From contig OZ361258.1 in NCBI GenBank assembly GCA_977018835.1, positions 4,402,001 to 4,466,000 of the forward strand: DNA of 64,000 nt, given 5' to 3'. The stretch is from Minutocellus sp. GHC0000111. Lineage: Eukaryota. The stretch's first letter is position 1; the number at the start of each line of letters is the position of its first letter. The notes under the pieces were generated by a model, which made no database searches, had not been told where the DNA came from, and saw nothing but the letters and a program-made list of their open reading frames with translations. Shown piece by piece: positions 8,763 through 19,101 of the stretch. The translations under genes were made by a program, and so were the position numbers.

Positions 8763-11372
8763 TCAGAATGGCACATCGTCGTAGTCTTCCGGCTTTGGAG
8801 GTGCTGACTTTCTCATCTGGTGCATTATCAGGCCTTGCCGTATGTTATCATTAAGCGGAGCGCTGCTTGTCCGAGTACTAGCTGTTGTGGACGTACCGCC
8901 CGAATCATTGCCACTTGAACTGCTTTCGCTAACATCAGAGGCAGACACCCCCAGCCTTCTCCTCAATCGCATTGTAAGATCATAAAATCCCATTTCTTCA
9001 TAGAAGTTGAATAGTGCCTCGCTCGAGAGTGGAGCCATCTTGAGCTCGCTCACTGTAGTGTAGTGATCAGGCATGGTCATTACGTCGAGAGGAACTGCCC
9101 TATCCAACTCGACTAGTTTGCGCGACAGCACGGCCTCTTCTGTGTTACTCAACAATTTTTCACGGCGAGCCTTCTGTTTGATCTCTCCAGCACGCTCCAA
9201 GAGAACTTCGAGCGAACCATATTCATTGATCAAAGTGCTTGCAATCTTGGGACCGATCCCAGGGACGCCGGGAATGTTATCGGACTTATCACCGGCGAGA
9301 GCGAGCACATCGCCAAGAAGATTCGGTGGGACACCAAACTTTTCCACAACGACATCATAGGTTACTCGGATCATTTCCTTCGGGTCGATCATGTTGATGC
9401 TGGGCTCCTCACCGGGTGGCGTGACGAGCTGCATCAGATCCTTGTCACCGGTCAGTACGTGGACGTTGATCCCCTCCTCTCTCGCCATGGTAGCCAGGGT
9501 AGCAATGACGTCGTCGGCCTCGAAGGATGGTGCTTCGATCTGATCAATCCCGTAGGCAGTGGCAGCCTCACGGATGAGGTCGAATTGCGGTACAAGGTCT
9601 TCCGGGCATGGCCCTCGATTGGCCTTGTAGTCAGGATACATTTCATGACGAAAGTTCTTGCCCTTTGAGTCGAAGACAAGGACGATTCGCGGTTGATCAC
9701 CTGATAGAGATCGGTTCAAGACGAGCCGGTTGAGCATGTTACAAAAGCCAAGAACGGCTCCGACCGGCATGCCATCGGCTCGGTGCAAGGGAGGCATAGA
9801 ATAGTACGCTCGAAAGATGTAGGCCGATGCATCTACAAGCAACAATGGATTAGATCCATTGGCGTCGTCGAATTCGAGCATTTCCGAAGAGTCTGTGTCG
9901 GCATTCGAGCTAGATTGGGCTGTTGCAGCAGCGGCCGGTGAAGGGGGCGGGGCTTTGTGAAAGTCTTCGACGTGGATGCCGTTTTGTTTGTTCTCAATTT
10001 GCTTTTTGGCCCGTTTCAGATCTCGCTGTGCCTGTCGATACTGCAGAATGAGGTCGGCCATCCGATTTCCAGCGCTGGCCATGGCATCCAGCACGTCCTT
10101 GTTGGTGCTTTGGCCGGCATCGCCGAACAGCACGTTGGAAACCTGCTTGGGTGAGTTGATGTTGAACTCCTCCCCACCGTTCTCGACATACACACTCTTC
10201 TCGATCGATTCGCTCTTGGATGTTAAAATGTCCACCTGGGTCATTTGTCCGTTTCCATTGGACGAGCCAGACATGATTTGCACCACATCTGCGGTCGGTT
10301 TCGGTACTGTGTTCCCTGCAGGAAGAGGTGCCGATGGCGTTGTGGCCATAATGTCTGCATATCGATCCAACGAGGATGGTGTTGTCTTGGTAGTTGTTTC
10401 TTCATTACTGGTGGACTCCACAGGATCGTCAATAGAATCTTGCATCTTTGCCTCCTTTTTTAAATATGCTGGCGCCTCCGATGCCATGGTGGGTGATTCG
10501 TCACCACTAACCTTCTTGCTGATACTGCTTCCAGAAGGTAGCTCCTCGTCATCATAATAATCCAAAGGCGGCTCCAAGAAGGCACCATCGGGCAATTCTT
10601 CATCCCCATTCAACGTCCCCACGTACCCCGACACGCCCATCTCCTCGTCGTAGTAGTCATAATCGTACTCCATCGGGGGAGGTATGGCCCGATCCTGCCA
10701 CTGCGGTGCCAGTGTGGCTTTGGGCCCTGTCCTGTTATCGCCACTCCCATTGCTTTTTGGTGTTGCAGCTTTGGCATCACCACTATTTTTCCTCGGCTGC
10801 TGTGCCTTGGCCACGGGTGCATTGGGCTGTGGAAATGCCTTGGCCGTCGCTGGCTTCGTCGGTTCCTCGCTCTCGATTGCCGACGCTTGCTGACGATATG
10901 CGGCTGGTGGTCGTCTAGTAGCCACCCTAGGACGCTTATTGTTGTTGTTGCTATTATTGCCTGGCATGTTCCTGGCAGGAGCAGGAGGTGGGGTCGCATC
11001 GAAAAACAGGTCGTCGAATGCTGCCAATCGTCGCTTGGGAGGGGATGCAGCAGTCGCATCATCTGCTGATTGCCGATCGTCGCTACCATTATCGTCGTCG
11101 GTAGGAGCTGCCGCCCTCACGGTCCTACTACGAGCAGGCCGACGAGCAGCAGACGCCGCCACGGCGAACGATCGGCGGATGGCGGTGGTGGTGACACATG
11201 ATGTGTCATGATGATCCAATGGCAACAAAGATGCACCAAACACCGATTGAGACGCCCCAACTCCGCATTTGGTGGCTGACGCAACAAAGGCTGGTGTATT
11301 CCTATATGTAGAGGTGCGGCACGCGGCAGAGGCGGCAGTGGAACGGAGGAGGGTCCCGAAGACGGTCCTCAT
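8763..11372 (-). CDS. Pol I-type 5'-3' exonuclease/flap endonuclease, probably organelle-targeted
   Basis: LLLVDASAYIFRAYY, VFDSKGKNFRHEMYPDYKANR, FEADDVIATLA, TGDKDLMQLV, LAGDKSDNIPGVPGIGPKIA (H3TH). No polymerase palm. R/S/T-rich N-terminus from likely ATG 11372. Confidence 0.9.
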   Translation of the reverse strand: MRTVFGTLLRSTAASAACRTSTYRNTPAFVASATKCGVGASQSVFGASLLPLDHHDTSCVTTTAIRRSFAVAASAARRPARSRTVRAAAPTDDDNGSDDRQSADDATAASPPKRRLAAFDDLFFDATPPPAPARNMPGNNSNNNNKRPRVATRRPPAAYRQQASAIESEEPTKPATAKAFPQPNAPVAKAQQPRKNSGDAKAATPKSNGSGDNRTGPKATLAPQWQDRAIPPPMEYDYDYYDEEMGVSGYVGTLNGDEELPDGAFLEPPLDYYDDEELPSGSSISKKVSGDESPTMASEAPAYLKKEAKMQDSIDDPVESTSNEETTTKTTPSSLDRYADIMATTPSAPLPAGNTVPKPTADVVQIMSGSSNGNGQMTQVDILTSKSESIEKSVYVENGGEEFNINSPKQVSNVLFGDAGQSTNKDVLDAMASAGNRMADLILQYRQAQRDLKRAKKQIENKQNGIHVEDFHKAPPPSPAAAATAQSSSNADTDSSEMLEFDDANGSNPLLLVDASAYIFRAYYSMPPLHRADGMPVGAVLGFCNMLNRLVLNRSLSGDQPRIVLVFDSKGKNFRHEMYPDYKANRGPCPEDLVPQFDLIREAATAYGIDQIEAPSFEADDVIATLATMAREEGINVHVLTGDKDLMQLVTPPGEEPSINMIDPKEMIRVTYDVVVEKFGVPPNLLGDVLALAGDKSDNIPGVPGIGPKIASTLINEYGSLEVLLERAGEIKQKARREKLLSNTEEAVLSRKLVELDRAVPLDVMTMPDHYTTVSELKMAPLSSEALFNFYEEMGFYDLTMRLRRRLGVSASDVSESSSSGNDSGGTSTTASTRTSSAPLNDNIRQGLIMHQMRKSAPPKPEDYDDVPF

Positions 11373-11770
11373 GACAATGAGGGCCGTAAAAGATACGCCC
11401 TTGCGCTTCCTTTTTGTTGGAGTTGTTTGAATTAATCTCTCTAACACCAAATTATGCCCCGCCGGAGTTGACGGGCCGGTCACCGTTGATAGAGGGGGTT
11501 GGCCACGCCTCTTGGTGGGTCGTCTCCTCATCTTGGGAGAATGATGAGAGGCTGCTGCTGCAACGGCTGCTGCCGCTCTGCGGCTGCTATGCTGGCTTCG
11601 ATGAGGAGGCCGGCAGGCTCGCGCTCGCGACCGGCAGACTTTCGCCTGTCACTCTCGCTCATTTTTTGAACGAACTCAACCTCGAGATACCAACAGAACC
11701 CGCCGCCGCCTCCGTGCTCTGCACATCCCTTTTTCCCCGCACCCAATTGCACACATATATCGTCTCCATC

Positions 11771-12736
11771 ATGGCCCGCGTCCGCCCCCTCTCGCCCGGG
11801 CAGCAAAAGTTCCTCCAAATGCTCATGGCCCGTCACGTCCTATCGGACTCCGAGGCCCAGGCACTCTACACCGCCCTCTCCCGTCAGGCCCAGGAAGAAG
11901 ACGAGGAGCCCCTCGGCCGCTCCCTCGAACACTGCCTGGGTGTCATCAACGACAGCCTATCCGCCGGGTTTGGGTTGGAAATCAAGACCGTCAGTCTCGA
12001 CAAGCGCTGTGCCGGTCCTATGGACGAGGATGCTGATGCCAAGGCCGAGGACGAGACCGAGGAGGAATCCTCGTCGGCCGGTGGTGCACGAAAGTCGTCC
12101 GCCAAAAAGTCCGCCAGAAAGAACAAGAACAGGAACACCGCCCGGTACCACGCCGTGGCCAACAAGGTGGCCGATCCGGCGTCGAAATCCACCTTCATGA
12201 CGGCCACGGCCGCGTCGGCCCCGCACCATTCCGCCAACATCCGCACCCCGCACGAGATGGCGTACCTCCGTCTCATCGTGGAAAAGATCGTCGAACGCGG
12301 CATGGACATGGACGAGGCCGGGGGTGCCGAGGGCGTCGGTGCCGGCAGCCGCGGGTGTTTGGGACGGATCTCCGTTCTGAATTTGAGGAACGAGCTGGAG
12401 GGACCCCACGAGGGAAAGGTCAGCCTGGCCCAGGCCCAGCATGCGTTGTCGTGTCTGATTGGGGAGAAGTGGCTCGTGGCGACCAACCCACCCGAGGATG
12501 ACGAGGACGACGACGAGGAGGGCGACGAAGAGACCGAAACTCTCAACGCCGGCAAACGCAAGCGAGGTGGGCGCAAGAGCCGCGGAGGTCGGACCAGCCT
12601 CGATGGGTTGGGCGGCGACGGACCGGCCCTGTCGCACGTCATGGTCGGCCCTCGGACGTACATGGAGCTTCCCGACCTTCTCAAAGATTGTGGCCTGGAA
12701 CGTGTTCCGCAATTCATTCTCCATAGTGGAAGGTAA
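11771..12736 (+). CDS. NSE1: SMC5/6 complex subunit NSE1-like (winged-helix part)
   Basis: QKFLQMLMARHVL, INDSL..GLEIKTV, YHAVAN, EMAYLRLIVEKIV, AQHALSCLIGEKWL, VGPRTYMEL match the NSE1 WH1/WH2 pattern. Confidence 0.75.
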   Translation: MARVRPLSPGQQKFLQMLMARHVLSDSEAQALYTALSRQAQEEDEEPLGRSLEHCLGVINDSLSAGFGLEIKTVSLDKRCAGPMDEDADAKAEDETEEESSSAGGARKSSAKKSARKNKNRNTARYHAVANKVADPASKSTFMTATAASAPHHSANIRTPHEMAYLRLIVEKIVERGMDMDEAGGAEGVGAGSRGCLGRISVLNLRNELEGPHEGKVSLAQAQHALSCLIGEKWLVATNPPEDDEDDDEEGDEETETLNAGKRKRGGRKSRGGRTSLDGLGGDGPALSHVMVGPRTYMELPDLLKDCGLERVPQFILHSGR

Positions 12737-13364
12737 ATGCATTGTTGGTGTTTGGTACTATATATCTACGCCACACGAAGGAGAAATTTACCATGTGTGT
12801 ATATATATTTTGAGAGAATCCGGACAGAAGAGAGAAAGAGACCTCGTTATTGATTGATCCATGCGCAAGAAAATTACCTCCAGGACCAGTACTTGCTCTC
12901 ATATGACTGCATAGAAGGAGTTCTACCTAGGGATCGAAGGGAAGGAATACCTTCTATTTACATTGATATCTAGCTAGTCCATCCTTGTTGGCGTTGGTGT
13001 TGTCCTGCTTTTGTTATTTTGAATGACCTGCGAGGTCACATTGCTACACACATGCAAAGCACACGCACAGCGCATCTAGATCTATTCATGCATGTGCTGC
13101 AAATGAACATCACAGTAAAAGTAGAGAAAGCCGTTTCCCATGTCGATGACCATGGCGTATCGGTAGGTCTTCTCTCTCGTGTGCATCTCACTCCTGGCTG
13201 ACCGATTTGCAAATTCATTCATTCATTGCCCAAAAGCCCAAAATCAACAATGCGTCTGGCCGTCACCGCATCCACCACGGAAGGCAAGGCTGCGGCATAT
13301 TGAAGGAATACCTCTAGCTAGGTATTGGCCAATTTCCTTGGACCAGAGCAAGCGAAGTAGAAGA

Positions 13365-14321
13365 ATGAGAGCTCTATTTGCCACCCTAACACCTCTGGTT
13401 TTGCTCCCGGCACTGTGTTCGGCGCTCACCCTCCCCACTCACCCGTCGCTATCGTGCAAGGGGCCTCATTCTCGACGGCACGACGCTGCAAAAATTGTCC
13501 TCCAGGCACGAGGTGGAGACGACAACAATGATGCTCCATCGCGCATTCCGTCCGTGTCATCAGTAACCAAATCAATATCCTATGGCTATCGCGCGCGTGT
13601 TGCAGCTGATCCAAATTTCCTGATCAAGAGCTTTCTGGAGGTGGCCTTGGCGGCGGGTACTCAGATGATGGCCGAGGTCTCACGTCGAGGTGCCAAGGGC
13701 TGCATTACCGAGATCGACTTTGTCGTTGCTGGCGTCCTCACTGCGATTGCCGGCAAGTACTACAGCTCTTGGAGAGTTGCGCCGACAGCAACGCGTGATG
13801 GTGATGGTGATGGTGATGAGACGGTAACTTCAACTTCAGTCCAATCAGGAACGCAGAAGAGCAAGGATGGTTTCTGGTCGAGAGTCCCAACCAATGCCTT
13901 CCAGCCCTATCATTTGGATGGCAAAACTCGGCCGACGGTGGCAGAGCGCTTTGGGGCACTTTTGGCACCTATTCCCACTCTGTTCCGAGCCGGGGTGATT
14001 GCCTCAGCCATTGGCTATGGTTTGACGAACTTTCTCATTTCGCTTCGTACTTTATTGCTTCCTGACTATGTCTCACCGACTATCAATGTGAACATCGTAC
14101 ACGCATGTGTATATACGGGTGCATTTATGAGCATCGTTAGCAATATCCGCTACCAGCTTCTTCAAGGAATAATCGAACCGCACATTATAGACCGGCTCTT
14201 TCAGCGATTGCCGCCCCTCCAAGCTGCGGCGACCTTTGGCGTTCGCTTCGCCAACGGACTGTTTGGGAGTGTGATTGCCATTGCTGGAATGAAATATTTC
14301 GGGTTGCAAAAGTTAAAGTAA
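13365..14321 (+). CDS. RETICULATA-related (DUF3411) plastid membrane protein
   Basis: Signal + transit-like N-terminus; RVAADPNFLIKSFLEV, EIDFV, PTNAFQ, FMSIVSNIRYQLLQG. Confidence 0.85.
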   Translation: MRALFATLTPLVLLPALCSALTLPTHPSLSCKGPHSRRHDAAKIVLQARGGDDNNDAPSRIPSVSSVTKSISYGYRARVAADPNFLIKSFLEVALAAGTQMMAEVSRRGAKGCITEIDFVVAGVLTAIAGKYYSSWRVAPTATRDGDGDGDETVTSTSVQSGTQKSKDGFWSRVPTNAFQPYHLDGKTRPTVAERFGALLAPIPTLFRAGVIASAIGYGLTNFLISLRTLLLPDYVSPTINVNIVHACVYTGAFMSIVSNIRYQLLQGIIEPHIIDRLFQRLPPLQAAATFGVRFANGLFGSVIAIAGMKYFGLQKLK

Positions 14322-14348
14322 CATCAGTTTGCTGCTTCGTAGTAGTGT

Positions 14349-15251
14349 TTATGCTTTAGGGCAATTTCCCTTTCGAGGGATCAAAAAGACATCGTCTGGG
14401 TCTTGTTCACCCAATCGTTTGCCAACCCAGGCCTTGGACACCACCCTTATCGGGCGCATTCCCTTGAAGCGATCGAGCTTGACGTACACATTGTCGGCTG
14501 TCTTTCCAATCATGATCCCAGTTCGGCCCATATCGGGACCCTTTACCAAAATGACCAAATCACGAACATCTGGCGGGTCCTTCTTCGGATCAGCATATAC
14601 CAGTGAGCTGGGCTTGATGCCCTTGAAGTACTTTTCGTTGGAAATGATGTCATCGTAATAAGTATACAGACCTCCGACCTGCATGTATCGATCAAAATGG
14701 AGCGACATGTCGGAATATGCAACGTAGGCGTCGTCTAGATCCTTTCGCAGTGTGGCCTGGCGGAGTCGTTCCACCGAGGCAAAGAATCGACCAACTTCAT
14801 ATCGCAATGCCACACGCAGACCCTTGTCCGTGGGTTCATCGGTGGGAAATGCCGAGTCTGTAAATTTGGTGAAAACCGGCACAAACGACCGAAGTTGGGA
14901 GGGATACGCCGCAACCAAATCCCACTGTTCCTGCATTAAGTCTCGTTGCAACTCGTCCATTACACTGCCAACAGATCTGATGGTATTGGGCATGCCACCG
15001 AGGCGGGTTTTGGACTTTTGTTCGGGCTGAGCAATGGCCGTCTCGGCTCCGGCAAGACCAACAGCCGCACAGGCCGTGAACAGGAAGGTCCGCCGCGAGG
15101 GCATATTCTCTGCAGGCGTGTCATCAGTTTCTTGCATTGATTCATGCAGCCTCATATCTATGCGTCCTGCATGTAACTCTCCACCCGAGATGAATGCAAA
15201 TGCACCCGCAGCAATTGATGCAAGAAGGCACAATCTAAATTGATGCCTCAT
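14349..15251 (-). CDS. Putative thylakoid-lumen protein, PsbQ-like helical bundle + KOW-like C-terminus
   Basis: Signal ending AFA-F; twin-arginine SRRTFLF..AIA lumenal signal; helical core; DLVILVKGPDMGRTGIMIG KOW-like motif. Confidence 0.6.
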   Translation of the reverse strand: MRHQFRLCLLASIAAGAFAFISGGELHAGRIDMRLHESMQETDDTPAENMPSRRTFLFTACAAVGLAGAETAIAQPEQKSKTRLGGMPNTIRSVGSVMDELQRDLMQEQWDLVAAYPSQLRSFVPVFTKFTDSAFPTDEPTDKGLRVALRYEVGRFFASVERLRQATLRKDLDDAYVAYSDMSLHFDRYMQVGGLYTYYDDIISNEKYFKGIKPSSLVYADPKKDPPDVRDLVILVKGPDMGRTGIMIGKTADNVYVKLDRFKGMRPIRVVSKAWVGKRLGEQDPDDVFLIPRKGNCPKA

Positions 15252-15534
15252 TTTTGCAACACGAATAGGCAGTGGAGCGAAGCGGACTTGCGAAATAAGA
15301 GCGAAGGAGCGGCTTTCGACTGGGATGCCGGCAACACCTCACGTTTGCCGGGATGATTCAGACGAAACCTTCGTCGTGTCAGGAGAGCAGCCGCACTGTA
15401 TTGATGGCCATGAGATGCGTTTAGCGCAATTTTCGCGACGAATGAGTTGGTCTGGAACTCTGGTCCCGGAACGGAAATTAAGTTTGGTCCCGCACTGTCA
15501 GATAACGGTTTGCACGTACCCTGATTACCATATA

Positions 15535-15635
15535 GAAAACCTGCCCGCTTTTTGAAAACCTGCCCGTATCTTTGAGAGGGGGTAAAAAACCTGCCTTTAC
15601 GGCATGGTCAAAACCTGCCCACTGAAAACCTGCCT
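15535..15635. repeat. Five irregularly spaced AAAACCTGCC motifs (possible transposon subterminal repeats)
   Basis: Copies starting near 15536, 15555, 15586, 15610 and 15625. Confidence 0.7.
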
Positions 15636-15863
15636 CTTTGCTTTCGAATAGACGTAAATTTGACATCACTGGTGCATCTTTAGGATGTACGAGAAGGAAC
15701 GCAGCAAGGGCCATGATGAGGACATCTAGACATTATTGAGATGGAGGAGGCCCTGGAACTATGCGATCGGGAGGGCAAGCAGTTGGAGAAAAAGAGGAAG
15801 CAGAAGACGGCCAGTGATGTAGCAGCTCGGAGGAGGAAAGCCCGTGCTGCTGCTACGTAACAG

Positions 15864-17783
15864 CTAGCTACATGCATGTAGTACCGATAAAATGTTCGAA
15901 GGATGGTACGGAATGATGGCGAATTTTCCCATCGCTAATGCCTCAGCAGTTGTAGTGCAAAGTACCTCTGTCACGGAAGGGTTGATGAAAATCTTGTGGC
16001 GTTTGACTGACGCATGATCCACTCGGCCTGGAAAGGTCGCAGGTATTGGTCTCCTTCTGAACTCGTGCCGGCTGGAAGGTAGATCGAATTGAACCGAATC
16101 AAGCGATGGACTTATCTTGGGAATACTAGGAAGAATACCAAGCAGCGACTCAGTTTCGGTCTCTTCAATTTCATCCGCTCCTGGTTCCGATGATGACTCG
16201 TCACTCTCGTCGCTGGCGCTGCCTGATAAACTTGAACTTGCATGCTTTCTTCCGTGATATGCTCGCATAATCTCCTTCTGTTCGGGGCCACTCCCGTAGA
16301 TATCAATAGAAAGGTAATCTCCGGTAACTTGACGGTAGAAATCCTGCAGCTCCAGCATTTTGTCAAGGCCCTTGGCCCAAAGAAGCTTTCCGATGAAGTA
16401 CGCCTGTACCGAATCTTCGGCATCACCAGTCTCTTCGTCATTGGACATTTTGGATAGTGTTTCATTGCCTCTTCGACGACCTTCGTCCAAGAAGTCCGCA
16501 CGTACGCCGTGTACGTTGGAAATCATTTCCTTTTCTGGGGCAAAGCTCTGCAGTACGCCTGACAACTTAATCACCTTGTGACAATAGGCACGGATCATTG
16601 CGGAACTCATTACTGCAATAGCTGGTGCCGTCCACAGACCATGGTACTGAGAAGATGCGTAGCTCACATAGTTGGTATGGACGATGCCTACCGAGTATTC
16701 AAATTTCTTTGCCCATCCTTCTCCCGGGGCGCGGTACCAATTTAGGTGCTCTGGCTCTTCCAACACAACAACGTCGGCATCTTCCTCAGGAATGAGAGAA
16801 ATCAAATCGCCCATGGCAAAGATTGATTTTAGACCAGGATGATACCTCGCTGGATACCACAGTATCCGAAGGCCCGACTCTTCATCTGCCTCGGCGGGCA
16901 TGCCCGCATCGTCGCGCAGCCATGACCGAATGTATTGCTCTTGCGCTGTTTGATTTGCAAACTGATTGGACGAACCATACAACTCAAGTCTATCTTCCTC
17001 CAATTCCAACCACGGAATCACCAATGTCACCCATTGTTGTTCGTTTGGTTCGCTAATGGTTGAGTTGTGATAGTTGATTTCTCGTAAGTTTCTACATAAG
17101 TAGGCCGCTCGAAGGAGAGGATTCACCGCAGTGCCTGTAAACCATGGAAGCGACGCCGTAGTGACTACAAACACTTTTCGACCCGGGCGAGTCAAATCAG
17201 ACTGGTGTGTAATCTCTAAATCATGGCTCGGTATGGTGTCATCATGATCCGTCTCGCTGGATATGGCGGCGTCCATTTCCGATCGCAAAAGAGCCTGCGA
17301 GACCAGTTCGATACTATCGTAGAAGCTTGCCTTGGCCTTGTTGGACGTATGATTTGTCCACATCGACCACTCTCGGAACGCCTCTCGACTCGGCAACGTC
17401 GTTTTTGCCAGAGTGGCCTTTACCGTGGCCTTGAGCTTGTGTCGACCTCGCCGTACTTTCTGACGGACCTTCCTATGTAGCCTATTGGAACTTGCTGCTT
17501 CTACTTTTGCCTTTGACTTTGATTGTTTCGGCCTCTCAAGATTTGTTCCTTCCACTTTTGCGCTCGTTTTTCTACGCTTTGATTCAGGAAACTCATCACC
17601 AACGCCATCCTTTTGGCCAAATGCACCACCGCGTATGCAGAGATAGCCTGCACACCAAATTGCATTCTCATTGGTCCGCATCGTTCCTCGCCGTTTTTGC
17701 AGCGGTCGCCATCGTGACCAGTTCCCTCCGTCAGCCCGTCCACCAGCAAGCGTGAACGCCACGGACGAGTATAGAAGAAGCAA
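15864..17783 (-). CDS. DGD1: Digalactosyldiacylglycerol synthase (GT4), apparently 3'-truncated
   Basis: VVTTASLPWFTGTAVNPLLRAAYL, EEPEHLNWY, NVHGV, YFIGKLLWAKG, FINPSVTEVLCTTTAEALAMGK. Stops right after HPSN; true start uncertain. Confidence 0.88.
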   Translation of the reverse strand: MLLLYSSVAFTLAGGRADGGNWSRWRPLQKRRGTMRTNENAIWCAGYLCIRGGAFGQKDGVGDEFPESKRRKTSAKVEGTNLERPKQSKSKAKVEAASSNRLHRKVRQKVRRGRHKLKATVKATLAKTTLPSREAFREWSMWTNHTSNKAKASFYDSIELVSQALLRSEMDAAISSETDHDDTIPSHDLEITHQSDLTRPGRKVFVVTTASLPWFTGTAVNPLLRAAYLCRNLREINYHNSTISEPNEQQWVTLVIPWLELEEDRLELYGSSNQFANQTAQEQYIRSWLRDDAGMPAEADEESGLRILWYPARYHPGLKSIFAMGDLISLIPEEDADVVVLEEPEHLNWYRAPGEGWAKKFEYSVGIVHTNYVSYASSQYHGLWTAPAIAVMSSAMIRAYCHKVIKLSGVLQSFAPEKEMISNVHGVRADFLDEGRRRGNETLSKMSNDEETGDAEDSVQAYFIGKLLWAKGLDKMLELQDFYRQVTGDYLSIDIYGSGPEQKEIMRAYHGRKHASSSLSGSASDESDESSSEPGADEIEETETESLLGILPSIPKISPSLDSVQFDLPSSRHEFRRRPIPATFPGRVDHASVKRHKIFINPSVTEVLCTTTAEALAMGKFAIIPYHPSNILSVLHACS

Positions 17784-18522
17784 AGGTATGTGGTCTACGC
17801 GCTCTCATCGTTTCAACCAAGTGCCGCCCTCTCGACATGGGCATAAGATGTGATGGATACCCCAAACAGCCAAACAGGAAGCACACAGCAACACACAGCA
17901 ATGCCGAGAGGTCAACGTGGCGGTCAGGCCCTTTCAGTTAGTTGCCATCTGTTTTTCGCGTTAGGGTTAGGGTTAATATTGGCCCTCAAAAACTCCTTCG
18001 AACCGCCAAAAGATTCTCACCTGATCGCGCCGTTTTTTGACATCGACTCTTCGACGAGCTCGAAGAAGTTCTCACATCTTCAAAAATTGAAGCAAAACAC
18101 CCAAGCAACAAAGCACGAAAGCTATTCGCCGACGAAATATCACACTATCTAAGAGTGAGTGCTTTTCTGAGCAGCTTGCGCAGCGATAGTGTAACAGGCG
18201 ACAGAGATTGCTGAAATATGTCCTCGTTGGCGGCAAGACACCATTCCTACTATGAAGATTAGTCTTAGTTGATGCATTTGATGTCAAGATTGTCAAGATC
18301 GCTTGTGATTCTGCGATAGGCTGTTGAGATATCGCTCATGGACTAAGCGATGGCAATTGGGTCTCTTTACCCTCGTTCTCAAGCTGGTGTAATGTCTTCT
18401 TCTCTTCTCGTCTTCTGTTTTTGGCATTTCTACGATCGTATTCGACAATTTTTGTTTTTCATCGTCACGATTTGACTTATGGCCTCATTACAACTTCAAT
18501 ACATTCCAACAACCAGACAATC

Positions 18523-18660
18523 ATGCCCGCCGCAGGACTTAACCAACCCAAGCCGAAACGTTTCAATCCTCATCATACGCCCAAGAAACCCAAGGGCAAG
18601 GACAAGAAGAAGAGCAACAGGCTCGGGGACGCTCTTCATTTTGCTTGGTTACTTACGTAG
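18523..18660 (+). CDS. Possible small basic protein
   Basis: 45 aa MPAAGLNQPKPKRFNPHHTPKKPKGKDKKK; start context (CAATCATG) and AAG codon bias resemble real genes. Confidence 0.3.
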   Translation: MPAAGLNQPKPKRFNPHHTPKKPKGKDKKKSNRLGDALHFAWLLT

Positions 18661-19101
18661 CAAGACTTTTGCTGCCCAGCTGACTGACGTTGGGAGCTTT
18701 ACATGAATTGTGATGAATTGCAGCTGTTTGTTATTGTATGCATTAGAATTGAGGCCACGAAAGATCGAAATTCAGGTCGGTATGTCTTCATATCACTGAA
18801 ATGAAATGAGATCGAGCAAATGCGCCACCAAAAATCGAAGACAAAATTTTCGAGTGAACATACTAGTAAAATAGGAAATGTTTTTACCCAAACTCCATGT
18901 AGTCTTATTTCCTACATACTAATTCCTGTTCCTCCGATGTTGCCACGAATACATTCGCAGGTCATCTCTGATAAACAGATATTTTCCTACTTCAGAGAGA
19001 ATGCCATGGCTCATCAAAACTTCAGGACGAATTCCGACCTCTCTCGATATAGCTAATAGCTCTATATGGATGCATGCAATTCAAAATCGTAATTTGAAGA
19101 G

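Noticed and set aside
15535..15635. AAAACCTGCC repeats as a CRISPR-like array
   Set aside because: Repeats are only 10-12 bp, spacing is irregular (15-31 bp), there are no cas genes, and the context is eukaryotic.
15680..15877. Minus-strand FFSNCL as the missing DGD1 C-terminal exon
   Set aside because: The surrounding residues do not resemble the DGD tail, there is no convincing splice pair, and the plus strand looks like the coding one.
17961..17975. TTAGGG x2 (and CCTAACCCTAA at 31726-31736) as interstitial telomere
   Set aside because: Only two units each; too short to support a call.
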